Assembly (NCBI GenBank): GCA_964016885.1
Contig: OZ024741.1
Location: forward strand, 118,172,001-118,236,000
DNA length: 64,000 nucleotides
Reading direction: 5' to 3'
DNA from: Eledone cirrhosa
Lineage: Eukaryota
In this document: positions 49,219-62,977 of the stretch, piece after piece
How positions within the stretch are numbered: position 1 is the first letter of the stretch
Layout of the letters: each line of letters starts with the position of its first letter
Notes under the pieces: generated by a model
What the model saw: the letters and a program-made list of their open reading frames with translations, nothing else
Told to the model about the DNA's origin: nothing
Databases searched by the model: none
Position numbers and translations under genes: made by a program

Positions 49219-52200
49219 TGGGCGAGTTTTCCCGTTGTGGGACAAGCCAGATCAGGTGACTGTATCTTGCTCATACAGAACTGTTTCTGGCTTGATTTCT
49301 ACGACTGGATGCTCTTCCTCACGCCAACTACATTTACAGCGTGGACTCGAAGCTTTTTATCGTGGCATCAAAACGACCACCTAACAGGATGAGCTGGGTG
49401 TTTTTTGTCGTGTCACCAACACGACTACTTTACAATATATAACAGTACACATTTATACATTCACACTCCTGCTTTTAAAAGGTTTAATATTAAATATATT
49501 TTAGGGACTAAATTAAGGGGTGTCATTATATAGAAAATACTAGTTAGTAATTAAAGCCTAGAAGAGTAATTTTAGCCATATATATATATATCATCATCAT
49601 TTTAAGTCCGCTTTTCCCTGCTTGCAAGGGTGGGACGGGTCCTATTCAGTACAGTATCTCTCCATTTGTCACGGTCCATCGTCATCTCCTCTGTGAGCTT
49701 CAGCGATCTGAGGTCAGCTCTCACCGCCTCCGCCCATGTTTTCCGTGTTCTTCCTCTACTGCGTATATATATGCGTATGTTAATTGCTCTGGTTTTCTTT
49801 TAGTCCATTGAGCGCTTGCCGCATATCTCGAAAATTGCGTTTCGCTTTGTTTTTGACCACAGCCGAAATGCGATCTCGCTGAAATTATATATATATCCCC
49901 CGTTAGACTTGTGCGAAATTCCTTCCTTTCTCACATTTCAACCAGGTTTGATGGTCTTTTGTCTCTTGTTCACGATTTCACCGAGTTTATATTCATAGAG
50001 ATCTGGGACTTGTCTATTTCTTCTCACTTTCCGTTGCTTAAACCATTTTGTTTGTTACCCTAACGTCCCCTTTATTTACGTGTCCCAACGACTTTTTTTT
50101 AGCCGTTGTTCGCACCAACCTGAGGCATATGGCCCTTAAAGCGATGAAATGCCTGGGACGGTTGGAGGGTCACTGATGAAGGACTCACTTTTTCATATGC
50201 ACCACCATTTGCAACGGGCAGCCATTATTATTATCATATATATATATATGTATATATGCATGCTTCCCTTGAGACTAGGTTGTTTGTAGAAAACCAGCAG
50301 TCGCCCATGCATACCAGCCTCCCCCTCTCCACGCCGCCGATGTTATCCAAGGGAAAGGCAATGACCGATATAGCTTGCAACCAGTGACTTGGCAAACTCA
50401 TTTTTACAGCTGAGTAAACTGGAGCAACGTGAAATAAAGTTTCTTACTCAAGGACACAGAGCATCACCTGGTCCGAGAATTGAACCAACAACCTACCGAG
50501 TGCAAGCCCAATGCTCTAAGATATAAATTGACATTTTTTGTTAGGTATGAAATTATCATTAAGGGGTTGCAATAACACATTTTACTGTCAAACATGCTCC
50601 AATGTGTTGGGGACGAAAGAGTTTAATTATAAAGTCTGTTAGGTTTTCTTTTCCTGTCATGAACCTTTAATTTTGGTAGAAGAGGGCTATTGTTTCACAG
50701 ATGCTTATTAAGTATTTCACACATGCAGAACAAAATAACCTTCAATCTTGGCTGTGTGTAAGAATTATTAGGACTTGTCATAATCACTGCTGCTAATACT
50801 AGCTCCACTACCTCCACTACTTCCACTACTTCCACCACTACCTCCACCACTACTGTTATTAAGCAGGTCACTATCACTGCTGCTACTACTACTTCCAACT
50901 CCACCACTACTGTCATTAAGAGGGTTACTATCACTACGGCTACTACTACCTCCTACTCCACCACTACTGTCATTAAGAGGGTCACTATCACTGCTATTAC
51001 TACTACTACTACCTCCAGAACCACCACCTTCATTATTAGGGCAGACACAATTACCGCTGCCGCCGCCACCACCACCACCACCACCACCACCACCACCACC
51101 ACCATCAGCATTTTTAGTCATATTTTAGTTGCCCTATACTAGTTTTAGTTTATCTGATTAGTTTCTATTTCGTTGGAGGAGGGGACGCTTTTGTTTAGTT
51201 AGTCTTATTTATTTATTACTATCGTTGTTGTCTTTTACCTTTCTATTCATCACATTCCTACAATGGTTTTAGAAAGTATATACATTTATTTAAAGTAGTA
51301 AATTGATGTTTTTTTGCACAGTGGTTTCCAAACTTACCACTACCAAGGTGTCCTTGGTAGTGGTAACTTATACAAGGAGAATAGCAGAGAGAATTGTCTA
51401 TCTGTCTGTTTAACGTCCATTTTCCACGCTGAAGGGTTGGACGGGTCTATCCCAGACAGGCAGGGAACACGCATTCTCTCACATATGGTCCCACGCTCTA
51501 CCGAATGGCACAAGCACTAAGGAGGTTAAGTTTTGACACAACTGAAGGGGCCTCTCATCTCTTTGTTTGGCAAGCTTTCTACGGCTGGATGCCTTTCCTA
51601 TCACCAACCACTGTACGTGTACCGGGTGCGATCGTGTAGGTCACCCAACTGAAGGAACCTCCGAACCCTTTTCTTTGGCAAGCTTTTTACGTATCTCAAA
51701 CCACTTTACTATGTGTACTAAGTGCGTTTATCATGTAGATCTATTCTAGAGGTTTTCGTGCCGTTAACACACACATTCATTTTGGCATGGCTTCTACAGC
51801 AGGGCTTCTTACAAGATGTACTGGCTATATTTTTGTGGCACCCACACTAGTTTGTCAGTTATTGTCCCAAATGAGCCCTCTCTGCTCTGCTGGGGGGGGG
51901 GGATAACCATGAAATTATGGATGTATGGTGGGGTGTGATTTGATATGGTGATGAGTTGTGGGAAACGGTGACCTCTAATAGCATAGGGAATGTATTGATG
52001 GTGAGAACAGCTATGAAGTAGTAGTGGAGGGGTATTGTGGAGTGGGGTGCACATGGGTGGAGGAGGAATTGTGGAGTGGGGTGCACAGGGGTGGAGGAGG
52101 AATTGTGGAGTGGGGTGCACAGGGGTGGAGGAATAGCTACTAGGGGGCCATAGAGAGGGTATCTAAGGACTTTAGGAGAAGGTGGAGATGTAACTAAGAA

Positions 52201-52239
52201 GTGATGCTGAGGTGGGGGTGTGCAGTGATGGATCAAGTC

Positions 52240-52682
52240 ACATTTATGCCGGTGGCCAGATCTTCATCAGCACCGTATAGCACCAACTCTCACTGTCCTT
52301 TGTCATTTCTGTTGTAAGGTTTATCTTCTTATGGTTGATCTTCACTACTCTATCCCATCTCTTTCTTCTTTATGTAACTGTCATCTTCAATCTGCATTAC
52401 ATGTCCTTACCGTCACAGTCTTCTCTTTTGCACACTACATTCAATTCCTCTGCTTTTGCCATGTTTCTCTTTCAGTTCACTTATGCTATTTCATTCATTA
52501 CACATCCAGCAGTGCATTCTTGCTGCATTTCTTTCTAGCCTTTGCATGTCTTCTGCAATCAAGGCCCATGTTTCAATGCCATTTGGCATTGCAGTTTACA
52601 TGCAAGCATCATATAGTCAACCCTTCATTCTGAGAGAGAAGCTTTTTGTTGTCCACAGAGGTACCAGCTCCCTAAACTTCTA
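52240..52682 (-). mobile_element. Old, degenerate RTE fragment
   Basis: The reverse strand resembles the KFRELVPL...GSLYDAC...LERNAARMHCWMC region of the RTE ORFs in this window. Confidence 0.65.
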
Positions 52683-52904
52683 GACATTATGTATAATGTT
52701 GTTTTGGCAACTCGTGAATTCAATTTCTGGCAGTGGGTTTTCTCCTTTATTTTGCATTACTCCAGTCCACTCAGCTGGCAAAAATGATTTGTACCTGTAA
52801 TTTGAGGGCCAACCTTGTCATATTCTGTGCCACACTGAACCTCCTAGAGGTTCATTTCATGTACGTATCAACTAAAACACTTATCATTGTCGACACACTC
52901 GCAC

Positions 52905-52993
52905 TCTCTCTCTCCCTTTTTTTCTCTCGCTCTCTCTCTCCCTTTTTCTCTCTCGCTCTCTCTCTCTCTCTCTTGCGCTCTGTCTCTCTCTCG

Positions 52994-53024
<31 letters not shown>

Positions 53025-53053
53025 GCGCTCGCTCTCTCTCTCTCTCTCTCTCG

Positions 53054-53090
<37 letters not shown>

Positions 53091-53095
53091 GCTCG

Positions 53096-53146
<51 letters not shown>

Positions 53147-53194
53147 GCTCTCTCTCCTCTCTCTCTCTCTCTCTCTCGCGCTCGCTCGCTCGCG

Positions 53195-53225
<31 letters not shown>

Positions 53226-54162
53226 TCGCGCTCGCTCTCTCTCTCTCTCTCTCGCGCTCTCTCTCTCGCTATCTCTCTCGCTATCTCTCTCGCTCTCTCT
53301 CTCGCTCTCTCTCGCTCTCTCTCTCGCTCTCTCTCTCGCTCTCTCTCTCGCTCTCTCTCTCGCTCTCTCTCTCGCTCTCTCTCACTTTCTCTCTTTCTCT
53401 CTCTTTCTCTCTCTTTCTCTCTCTTTCTCCCTCTTTCTCTCTCTTTCTCACTTTCTCTCTCTTTCTCACTCTCTCTCTCTTTCTCTCACTTTCTCTCACT
53501 TTCTCTCACTTTCTCTCACTTTCTCTCTCTTTCTCTCTCTTTCTCTCTCTTTCTCTCTCTTTCTCTCTCTTTCTCTCTCTTTCTCTCTCTTTCTCACTTT
53601 CTCTTTCTCTCTCTTTCTCTCACTTTCTCTCCCTTTCTCTCTCTTTCTCTCTCTTTCTCTCTCTTTCTCTCTCTTCTCTTCTCTCTCTTTCTCTCACTTT
53701 CTCTCTCTTTCTCTCACTTTCTCTCTCTTTCTCTCACTTTCTCTCTCTTTCTCTCTCTTTCTCACTTTCTCTCTCTTCTCTCTCTTTCTTTCTCTCACTT
53801 TCTCTCTCTTTCTCTCACTTTCTCTCTCTTTCTCTCACTTTCTCTCACTTTCTCTCACTTTTTCTCTCTTTCTCTCTTTCTCTCACTTTCTCTCTCTTTC
53901 TCTCACTTTCTCTCTCTTTCTCTCACTTTCTCTCACTTTCTCTCACTTTTTCTCTCACTTTTTCTCTCTTTCTCTCACTTTTTCTCTCTTTCTCTCACTT
54001 TTTCTCTCTTTCTCTCACTTTTTCTCTCTTTCTCTCACTTTTTCTCTCTTTCTCTCTCTTTCTCTCTCTTTCTCTCTCTCTTCTCTCAACTTTCTCTCTC
54101 TTTCTCTCTCTCTTTCTCTCTCTTTCTCTCTCTTTCTCTCTCTTTCTCTCTCTTTCTCTCTC
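52905..54162. repeat. 1.26-kb polypyrimidine (CT/CGCT/CTTT) tract; similar tracts at 16495-16612, 47190-47443, 63835-64000; (CA)n at 57503-57683
   Basis: Directly visible. Explains the poly-SL ORFs. Confidence 0.95.
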
Positions 54163-55108
54163 TGTGATTAGGTATCAGAGAAATTGCTTTGTCGTATTTG
54201 TTGTGACTTTGCTGCTCTGGGTTCAAATCCCAGTGAGGACAAATTTGCCTTTCATCCTTTTGGAGTCAATAAAGTACCAATCTAGTGGCATTGGATTGAC
54301 AATTGCTAAAGTCTCAGTATCTGTTCCATCTCTGTGCATTCTGAGTTCAAATGCCATCACCTATCACCAGTTAATGTGGTGACACTTCTGCCAGATGTGA
54401 CTAGCAGATAGTATCAGCATTGGAGAAGGAAAGGCCTTCTTTAGTCATGATTAGCCATGGGCTTTGTACTCATCGCTGACTAACTATGGATTTGCCAGGA
54501 GCAGCAGCAGTAGCCCATGCATGCAAATCTCAGAAGGCAAAAGCTGATACAGCTTGCAACATTGTCATCACAAATCACTTTTTCCCACTGATGGGACAAG
54601 AGCAACTTGAAATAATGTCTTGCTCATGGACACAACCTGCTGCCCAGTTTAGCAATTGAACTCACAATCGTACAATCAATAGTCCAGTACTTTTAACTAC
54701 TAAACCAGTCATGGGTAAACTGGTCCATTTGGCTTTCTGAATGGCATGACTAATTTCAAACTTACCTTGAATATTTTAGTATTGCAGTCCACCTTATGAT
54801 GAACCACATCCTTTGTAGCCTACTGCTCGATAAAGATTGCCCATGCCTATACTAAGCCATCTGTCTTTACAATAGAAAGACTAATAGTAAAATTGTTTCC
54901 TTGGTCTGATTTAACTATTGGCTTATTTTTTTCATATATTAGATTAACCCTTTAGCATTTAAACCAGCCAAAATTCTCTCATCTCTTTCTGTTCAAACTG
55001 TGTGTGCGTGGCACTCCATCAGCTATGATGACATGTGTTCCAGTTGATATGTTCAACAGAATGAAATGAACATGTAAGTTACTGAAGATTCCACAAGCAT
55101 GCGTACTC

Positions 55109-55302
55109 TTAACCCTTTAACATTTAAACCGACCGTATCCAGTCAGAATCCTCTCACCTCTAACCAGCCATTCATACTGACGTTAAGGTATTGTTCTCAA
55201 AATGAATATCAAAATCTCGTAGATTTGATATTATGTGAGATAAAGCCTTTTCTGTGAAAATACAATAGTATATAAAGAGTAATGTAAATGCTAAAGGGTT
55301 AA
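55109..55302. mobile_element. piggyBac-like MITE family 1 (partial copy also at about 54944-55000)
   Basis: ttaaccctttaacattt...aaatgctaaagggttaa. Confidence 0.8.
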
Positions 55303-56543
55303 ACTATTTAAGTGTCCTAGAGAGAAATACATCACTGGAACTCTTTAAATAGGAACTATTCAGCACATTCCTCACTCCACCTCTCTCTATTTTTTTTTTC
55401 ATTCCCTTATGTTGAAACTTGTGAGACTTATCAGAATAAATGACAGGAAGGTTGTTATATTACATATGCTGTTGTAATATCTATTAAAAGTATAAAAGAG
55501 GTACTTTTAGCTTTAGATCATTATAAATAATGGTTGAAAAAAATCAAGTAAAATACTCTTGAAGATGGGAAAAGGTTGACAGAAGTGCCTGTTAGGGGTC
55601 AAAATTCCACATCTCTTGAATACCTGGCGAGTGTGTTAGCTATTGTGCTAAGGGGGCCCTGACCACTAATTGCTGTGTTGGGATAACTACATTTTAAATT
55701 TCAAATTTTTCATGTTTCTTGTGTCAACTGGATGTTTTCACAATAGAAAACTGTTTTAAATAGATTTTTTTTTTATTTTCAGTTTTCATTTTCCCTGTAT
55801 TTATTTATGAAGGTCAGGGTTTATCCCAGTTTCATATAGCATTAAGTGACTGTAAGTTTTATATTTTGTAATAGAAAACGGGAGCCCAAATACAGAATCT
55901 CTAGGAAAGAGGACGTTATTGTTTTGACCACATATTCGCACCCAATCAATGGTCAATATAAACATTTTTACTCAATTGCTATGTATTTTTTTTTCTTGTG
56001 AAGCTGGTAATTGTCCTAATGAAAAGTGCATTCCAGACATGATTTCAAATTTAGATAGAATTATTACAGAGCATAACCCTTTTCAGGACTCAAGACTGGT
56101 GAGAAGGATGGAGGAAGGTATCCCCAAACTGGAGACATGGTTTGAACCTTTACAACAGAGTGGATACTGCTAAATTGACCCCAAGGTTAGGTGATAATTT
56201 AAAATCAAGTGACTAAGTCTACCACCAAAGTAAACCTCATCAGGTTTTGAACTCAGTACTGTTGCCTTTGGATACCTTTAATAAGGTCTCCCCTATTGCA
56301 AGCCTTCAAGCCATTTCTTCAGTTTGAGAATAACTTAATTCCTCCTTCCCATATGGGGGATGGGGGCGATAAAATAGAGGCCGTCCTGACTGGAATGTGA
56401 TAATTTTTTTATATTTTTATTTCAGAAATAAATCTAAATTTTACTTACAGAAGAAAATGTTTTTTTTTTTTCTTTTGCTGTATAATATATGCTGTTATTT
56501 CTTTTCTTTGTTTCTCTCTTTCCCTCCTTTCTTTTGGAAGCAG

Positions 56544-56621
56544 ACCCAAAAACGACGGTCTATGTCAGTTGGCATGGTTACTCTACCAACTATAGACTGT
56601 CATTCTCTATCTCAGGCTGAT
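56544..56621 (+). CDS. TBC1D24: Probable TBC1D24-like exon 7, candidate cassette exon (TQKRRSMSVGMVTLPTIDCHSLSQAD)
   Basis: About 40-nt polypyrimidine tract, AAGCAG tandem acceptor, 78 nt open in phase 0/0, GTGAGT donor at 56622. Unique sequence amid repeats. Confidence 0.6.
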
Positions 56622-57585
56622 GTGAGTATTTCTACAGGTTGCCTGCTGCCCCCTCAGCCCAGCATGGACATATTTTTGCACTCTATCTCACTCTCTGTCT
56701 CTCCTTCTATGTACATCTTGCTAAATATGCATGCATGGTTAGTCAATCTGTTATTATTGTTAAAAAAATGCTTTACTTTTGTTCAGGTTCTTTATCTCAC
56801 CATGGTCAACTTAGCCTTTCATCTTTCCACTGTAGGGGGTGATAAAATAAAGTACCTGTCAAGTATTGATGATTCGTAATCCCTTCCTTCAAATTGCTGA
56901 CCTTGTGCCTAAATTAGAAATCACTATTATTGTCAAAGGTTGCTTTGATATTCATTCCAGCTCCCTGTAGTCTGAATTCAAATCCCACCGAGGTCAATTT
57001 TGCCTTTCATCTTTCCATGATTGATAAAATAAAGTAGTGGCTAAATACTGGGGTTGATGTAATCAACTTGATACTTCTCAAATTGCTGGCCTTGTGCCTA
57101 AATTAGAAACCATTATTATTGTTCTTATGCTGACCAACTAAGGAATTTGCACACTCTACTGTACTATTTTGTGAATTATATTTTTTAATCTCACTTAATT
57201 GCCCACTTTTCCTTGCCCAAAAGTTCAGCACTGGTTTTAGTCAATGTTTATCTGAGCTGTCCTTGTTGCTTCATGTTCGTGTGTGCTTGTGTTCAGCTTG
57301 TGGCCTCTTTCTTATATACTTAGTGGAAATATGTAAGGCTGTTTACACACCAAACATTGACTTGGCAAACACTTAAATAAGGTTTTAAACATTTTAAAAC
57401 ATCGGTGGCTTTCTACCTCTGCTTGGTTTTGTTCTACAGATTAGACTAACAAATAATCTATTGACAGATACATGAAACATTACTCTCTCTCTCTCTCTCT
57501 GTACACACACACGCACACACGCGCACACGCACACACACACGCACACACACACACACGCACACACACACACACGCGCACACACGCG

Positions 57586-57688
<103 letters not shown>

Positions 57689-57861
57689 AACCAACCACGC
57701 ACATATACACAATTTACAAGAATGTTAAGAATTTTTTAAACCAATATTTTGTGGCCCAATATCCTTCCTGATGCCAACCACTTTAGTCACTTCTTACATG
57801 CAAGGATATGGTGTACATCTTCTAAACCAGGATACATATAGTAGTATTTGAATGTAGTTAG

Positions 57862-58160
57862 TATGGCCAAATGGTTAAGGAGTTCACTTCCCAATCATTT
57901 GGTCCTGGGTTCAATCCCAACTGCATGGCTTCTTGGGTGTCATTTACTATAGGATTGGGTCAACCCAAGCATTGTGAGTGAAATTTAATAGTGAGTGACA
58001 AGACCAGCCCTTTTCATCTGTGTCATACTGAATGTTCCTGAGAATTACATTAATGGTACACATGTCTGTGGAATGCTCAGCCACTTGTTAATTTCATGAG
58101 CAGGCAGTTCCATTGATTGAACAACTGGAACAGTCATCGTTGATACTGCTGGAGGTCCAT
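57862..58160 (+). mobile_element. tRNA-derived SINE, third type (also about 58320-58490, 33740-33960)
   Basis: tggccaaatggttaagg (A box), gggttcaatccc (B box), then gggtcaacctaagcattgtgagtgaaatt. Confidence 0.65.
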
Positions 58161-59969
58161 TACAGTATCACTGTTAAAATTAGGCTCCACATATGCCTAA
58201 TATCAGCAGCTTAGAGTCAGGGTTGACTGATCATGTTTCATTGTTAATTGTTGACCTCAGACTAAACATTAGCAACATTCTTTATTTTGGTATCATAGTA
58301 GAAGTACATGGCCTAGTGGTTATGGCTGAATGGCTAAGGAGTTCACTTCGCAGTCATTTGATCCTGGGTTCAAACCCAACTGCATGGCTTCTTGGGTAAG
58401 TTTCATTTACTATAGTTTTGGGTCAACCTAAGCATTGTGAGTGAAATTGTGTAGATGGAAAGGGCTGGTCTTATCACACACTGTGTCATACAGACTCATG
58501 ATAATATGGTTGTGTTTTCAATTCCTGGACCAAACAGCATGTTGCATTCTTGAACTAAATACTTTATTTCATGTTGCTCCTTCTGCCAGGAATTGTGAAT
58601 GGTAAATAGTATCAGCAATGCAAAGGCCAATGGAAACAATGTTCCCTTGGTCTGCCGATCTGATGATCAGAAAATAATGTTAAAAATATTTTGGAGTTAT
58701 ACTTGTCTGGCCAGTGACTCCGTCTGAGACTGTTGTGTGTATTGAAACTGATGGAAGTGTCATTTTAGTCATTCACAAACTACTAAATTCACTTTACATT
58801 TTTCACTTATTTCTTGATGTCAAAATTTTCTTCAAACTGGTCTCGCATTTTCACAGAATCTGATTCTATAATGAAGAAAAAAAAATCATAAAATTATAAG
58901 CTAAAAAAAAAAAAGACTAAACAAAACTAAGAAGCCAATCAACAATGTAGCTAATATAACATCTCTTCCTTGTTTATGTACACACATACTTTCCTATATT
59001 AGTCTGTCTCTGATATATATATATGTATATATATATATATAAATTTAAAATGGCAAGTTGTGTTGTTGCATATATGATATATATAATAAAATGAAGAATT
59101 AGAAATAGAAGCCAGGACTATCCGTGATCAGTGGTCTACTAGCCATTATAGGTATTTCTTCGCATTACAGACCATATACCTCCAGCTAGGGCAATACAAT
59201 AACTAAATTAAGTTATTGGGATAAAAAGAATTGGGTGGAGAAAGAGACAGGTAAACAAACATGAATGGTAAGGCAACGTAAAGAGATGAGAAAATTAAGT
59301 CAATGATTCATTTGAACATAAGAACTTGCGAATATTGACGAGAAGGCAAAAAACACGTTGGCCATGCGAATGTAAGCGAGGAAAGAATTTTGTATAGTGT
59401 GGGATGATGGAGAAAGTGAGAGAGAGAGGGTGAGTAGCAGAGAGTGAGTGAAAGTGTGAGGAAGAGGCTAGCCGAGATATATATATATATCATGTCCATT
59501 TTTTCCACACTGACATGGGTTAGACAAGTTATCCTGTTGTAAGTAATGCTAGGTAAGGTGCTATATATATATATACCCATACTAGCGTGGAAGATAAACG
59601 TTAAACGATGATGATATATATATATTAATAAAAGGAATTCCAACTTTGTCTGATTTACTCGTTTTATTTACAATCCTTTAAAATTATGATATTAGAATGA
59701 AATAGTATGGTAGAATATTAAATGTTAAGTGTTAATTGAACAAGTACTTTCATGCTTTCGCAGTCTTCAGGTTCATATTCTGTGGTGACAGTCAAGTTTG
59801 CAATTTTCAAGTGTGTTATATATATATGTTGCGATGGCGATGAATTTGTGTGTCGAAACAAATATAACAAATATATCAGTCAATGATAAACATTGATTGC
59901 CAAATAAATTAACTATGGAGATATAAAAGATGCAGAAGCGAATAGTAATATATATATATATTTGTGTAT

Positions 59970-61248
59970 TAGTAAAGACCAAAGTTCTAGGAAATAGTCA
60001 GGAAAATAAGGCAGCCCTGATCCCTTCTAGAAAATGGCTCTGCTCAGTGTGTAGGAAAAGGGTGGGTAGAAATTCCATCCACTGTCCCAAATTCAAGCTA
60101 TGGATACATAAGAGATGTAGTGGGATCCAAGATATGTTAGTTAAGTACGTAGGTTTTACATGTAGCCATTGCACAGGAGCAGTAAGTAACAAACTTGCAA
60201 GAAACAAGTGCTATCAAATTCTTGGAAGGTTCCTTAGAAGCAGTTGACAGCTTCTGCTACCTAGGCGACCAAATAAACTGGAGGTGAGTGTGCTGAAAGA
60301 ATGGTAGCCAGAGTGATGACAGGATGGAAAAAGTTCAGGGAGCTACTACTGCTGCTAGGTACAAAAAGAAGGGCAGATTCTATGATGCTTATATACAAAC
60401 AGCAATGTTACACAGTAGTGAGACCTGGGCAGTGTGTGCAGAGGACCTACGAAGATTGGAAAGAAATAAAGTTGGCATGCTTCGATGGATGCGTAATAGT
60501 AATATACATGAATGGCAAAGCATAAATGAACTGAGAAACTAGTCATAAGAGGTATCAGCTGCAGTGTGCAGGAGAGGAGATTGCGTTGGTATGGACATGT
60601 GATGCATATGAAGGATGGCAGCTGTATAAAAAGGTGCAGGGCACTCAAAGTTGATTGAAGCTATGGAATAGGAAGACTTAAGATGAGATGATAAAAGCTG
60701 ACCTTGCACAATTACACTTCTCAAGGCTGATGATACAGGATTGTAATCTCTGGCATTATGCAGTAATACAGAAGACCTGCTTTCCCATATACACAGGTTG
60801 AAGCATATATCTAGTACGGACTACTCTCTCCCTTACCTCCCCTTTCCATACAACTCCAATGCCCTAATACTCCCCTTGATCCACCCTCATCTGATAAGTG
60901 CCTCACCCTAGATCTACCTCTCTAATCCCCCCCCCTCACTCCAGTCTACACTGTAATGTGGGCGTTTTCTGGTGCCACGACAAAAAGCATCCAGTCTATA
61001 CTGTAAAGTGATTGTGAAGTGTCATGACAAAAACACTCACTCCACACTGTAAAGTGGTTATGATAAAAGGTATCCTATACACATGGTAAATGTGGTTGGC
61101 ATTAAGAAGAGCATCCAGCCATAGAAACCAAGCCAAAATCGCTCAAGTGTGAGCTGGAGATGGTCATCTGCTTTGCCTTGGCTCACATCTGGACAACTCA
61201 TTTAACCCATGTTTATGTGGAAAAATGTACGTTAAATGGTGATGATGA
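59970..61248 (+). mobile_element. RTE LINE family A, decayed 3' fragment
   Basis: KTKVL..., Cys-rich CSVCRK...HKRCSG...CSHC, GWKKFRELL, then the 3' UTR and (GAT)n tail. Confidence 0.88.
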
Positions 61249-62208
61249 CTATATATATTATTAAGACCAGTTACTACAACAGCTCTATACCAGCTACATA
61301 TGTTTCATTAGACCGGAGGATCAACTTGTTCAACATTTTCATAGGCACTATGAAAATGAACCAGGATGAAAAAAAGAACCAGGTTCTTCAGACAAACGAA
61401 ACGTATGTACCTGGTTTCGCTCCATTGTTGTAGCTGGCCTGAACAATTATATTTAGACTTGCCCTACGGACTTCAGTTGCTCTATACCTTGGTTATATTT
61501 ACCAAACTATTATTATTTATACACACAGGGCAGTGGATCAGCAGTATCGGTAGAAGGTTGGACGCCATGCTTTGCCGCATAGTTACGGCCCTTTATGATC
61601 TGAGTCCAAATCCCGCCGCGGTTAACTTTGCCTTTCATCCTTACGGGGTCGATAAAATAAAGTACCAGTCATGCACTGGGGTCGATTTTTATCGACTTTC
61701 CCCGCCCCCCCAAAATTGCTGGCCTTGTGCCTATATAAGAAACCATTATTATTTATACACATACATACACACTTATAGGCAGTGAGTTGGTAGAGTTGTT
61801 AGAACATTGGCTAGAATGCTTTGTGGGGATTTGTACCAGCTGTCTGCACTCTGAGTTCAAAACATGGCAAGGTCAAGTTTGCCTTTCATCCTATTGAGGT
61901 CAATAACGAAAAGTACCAGCCCAGTATTGGGGTTGAATCTTTCTCTTTATCTTTTTCACTCTACCCCCTCTCTATAATAAATCAGTTGTGTTCAGATCTG
62001 GAGAGGGGATGGGCTTTGCCAGGTTTAAAGTGCCCAAAGTACGCTGTATCACGATAGTGCTCCTACAACTTCATCATAAATGCATACACCTTCCTGTACT
62101 AATCAGTCTCTCTTAGCACCCATTTAAAATGATTTCTATTTAAATTATAATCTTCCAACATAATTTGATGTAAGAAGAAAGAATAGAATGTAAAATAAGA
62201 AAATATTT

Positions 62209-62428
62209 TTAACCCTTTAATGTTCAAACCGGCCAGAATTCTCTACCTTTTTCTGTTGAAACTGGCTGTAACTGGTCACCCAAACTGATGTTAAGGTATT
62301 GTTCTCAAAATATATACTTTCAAAATCTCATAGATTCGATATTATGTGAGATAGTTATGCGAGCTAAAGTCTTTACCATGAAAATATAATAGTATATATA
62401 TAGAGTAATGTGAATGCTAAAGGGTTAA
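62209..62428. mobile_element. piggyBac-like MITE family 1
   Basis: ttaaccctttaatgttc...gaatgctaaagggttaa. Confidence 0.8.
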
Positions 62429-62977
62429 AAAACAGAAAAGGAAGGGAAAGGCATGGGCCCTAATGACACAGAAGAATGAGGAGCAGGAGGGGTGATTGGG
62501 TTCTGGGCACCCTATTTTAAGTTACTATCTTAGTAATGTAATAATTAATCATTTTTGTAAATTCCTCAGAATTCTTCAATAATCAACTGAAATAGTATTT
62601 CATTAGAAATACTGGCACAAAAGAAAATATTAATTGAAATACATAAGCATTGTATTTCACTATGAATTTGGTCACAAGAGGATTTTACCTTTGTTTTATT
62701 GTTTAAACAATTTTTTGTTTACAGATGAAAGCTTCAAATATTTTATTTTTATTCAATTTCTTTTCTGTTGTCTTTTAATCAGATTTTTTTCAAAGTGTTC
62801 TGTATTTTCTTTCTTCTGTGGGTTAAACTATTTTGGTAATATTTTTGTTCTTTCTCAACAGCCAAATAAATCTTTGCTGGATAATTCTGCTCATATATCA
62901 AATTGCTTTATATATACAGGGTGTGTGTGTGTGTGTGTGTGTCCCCCCCAAAAAAAATATATATACACATATTTATT

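Noticed and set aside
50165-50200. CTGATGAAGGACT resembling the hammerhead 5' core
   Set aside because: No closing stem II or GAAA follows, so the motif is incomplete.
50768-51121. Gly/Ser-rich 117-aa ORF on the - strand
   Set aside because: Degenerate (CCA/CTA)n repeat with an approximately 66-bp periodicity; no evidence of an exon.
52733-54382. 549-aa and 426-aa Ser/Leu-rich ORFs
   Set aside because: Translations of a CT microsatellite that lacks stop codons.
62700-62925. Acceptor-like sites (tttacag at about 62724, caacag at about 62861) as TLDc exons
   Set aside because: Translations show no TLDc motifs (no W-W-P or HG-SL) and lack convincing donors.
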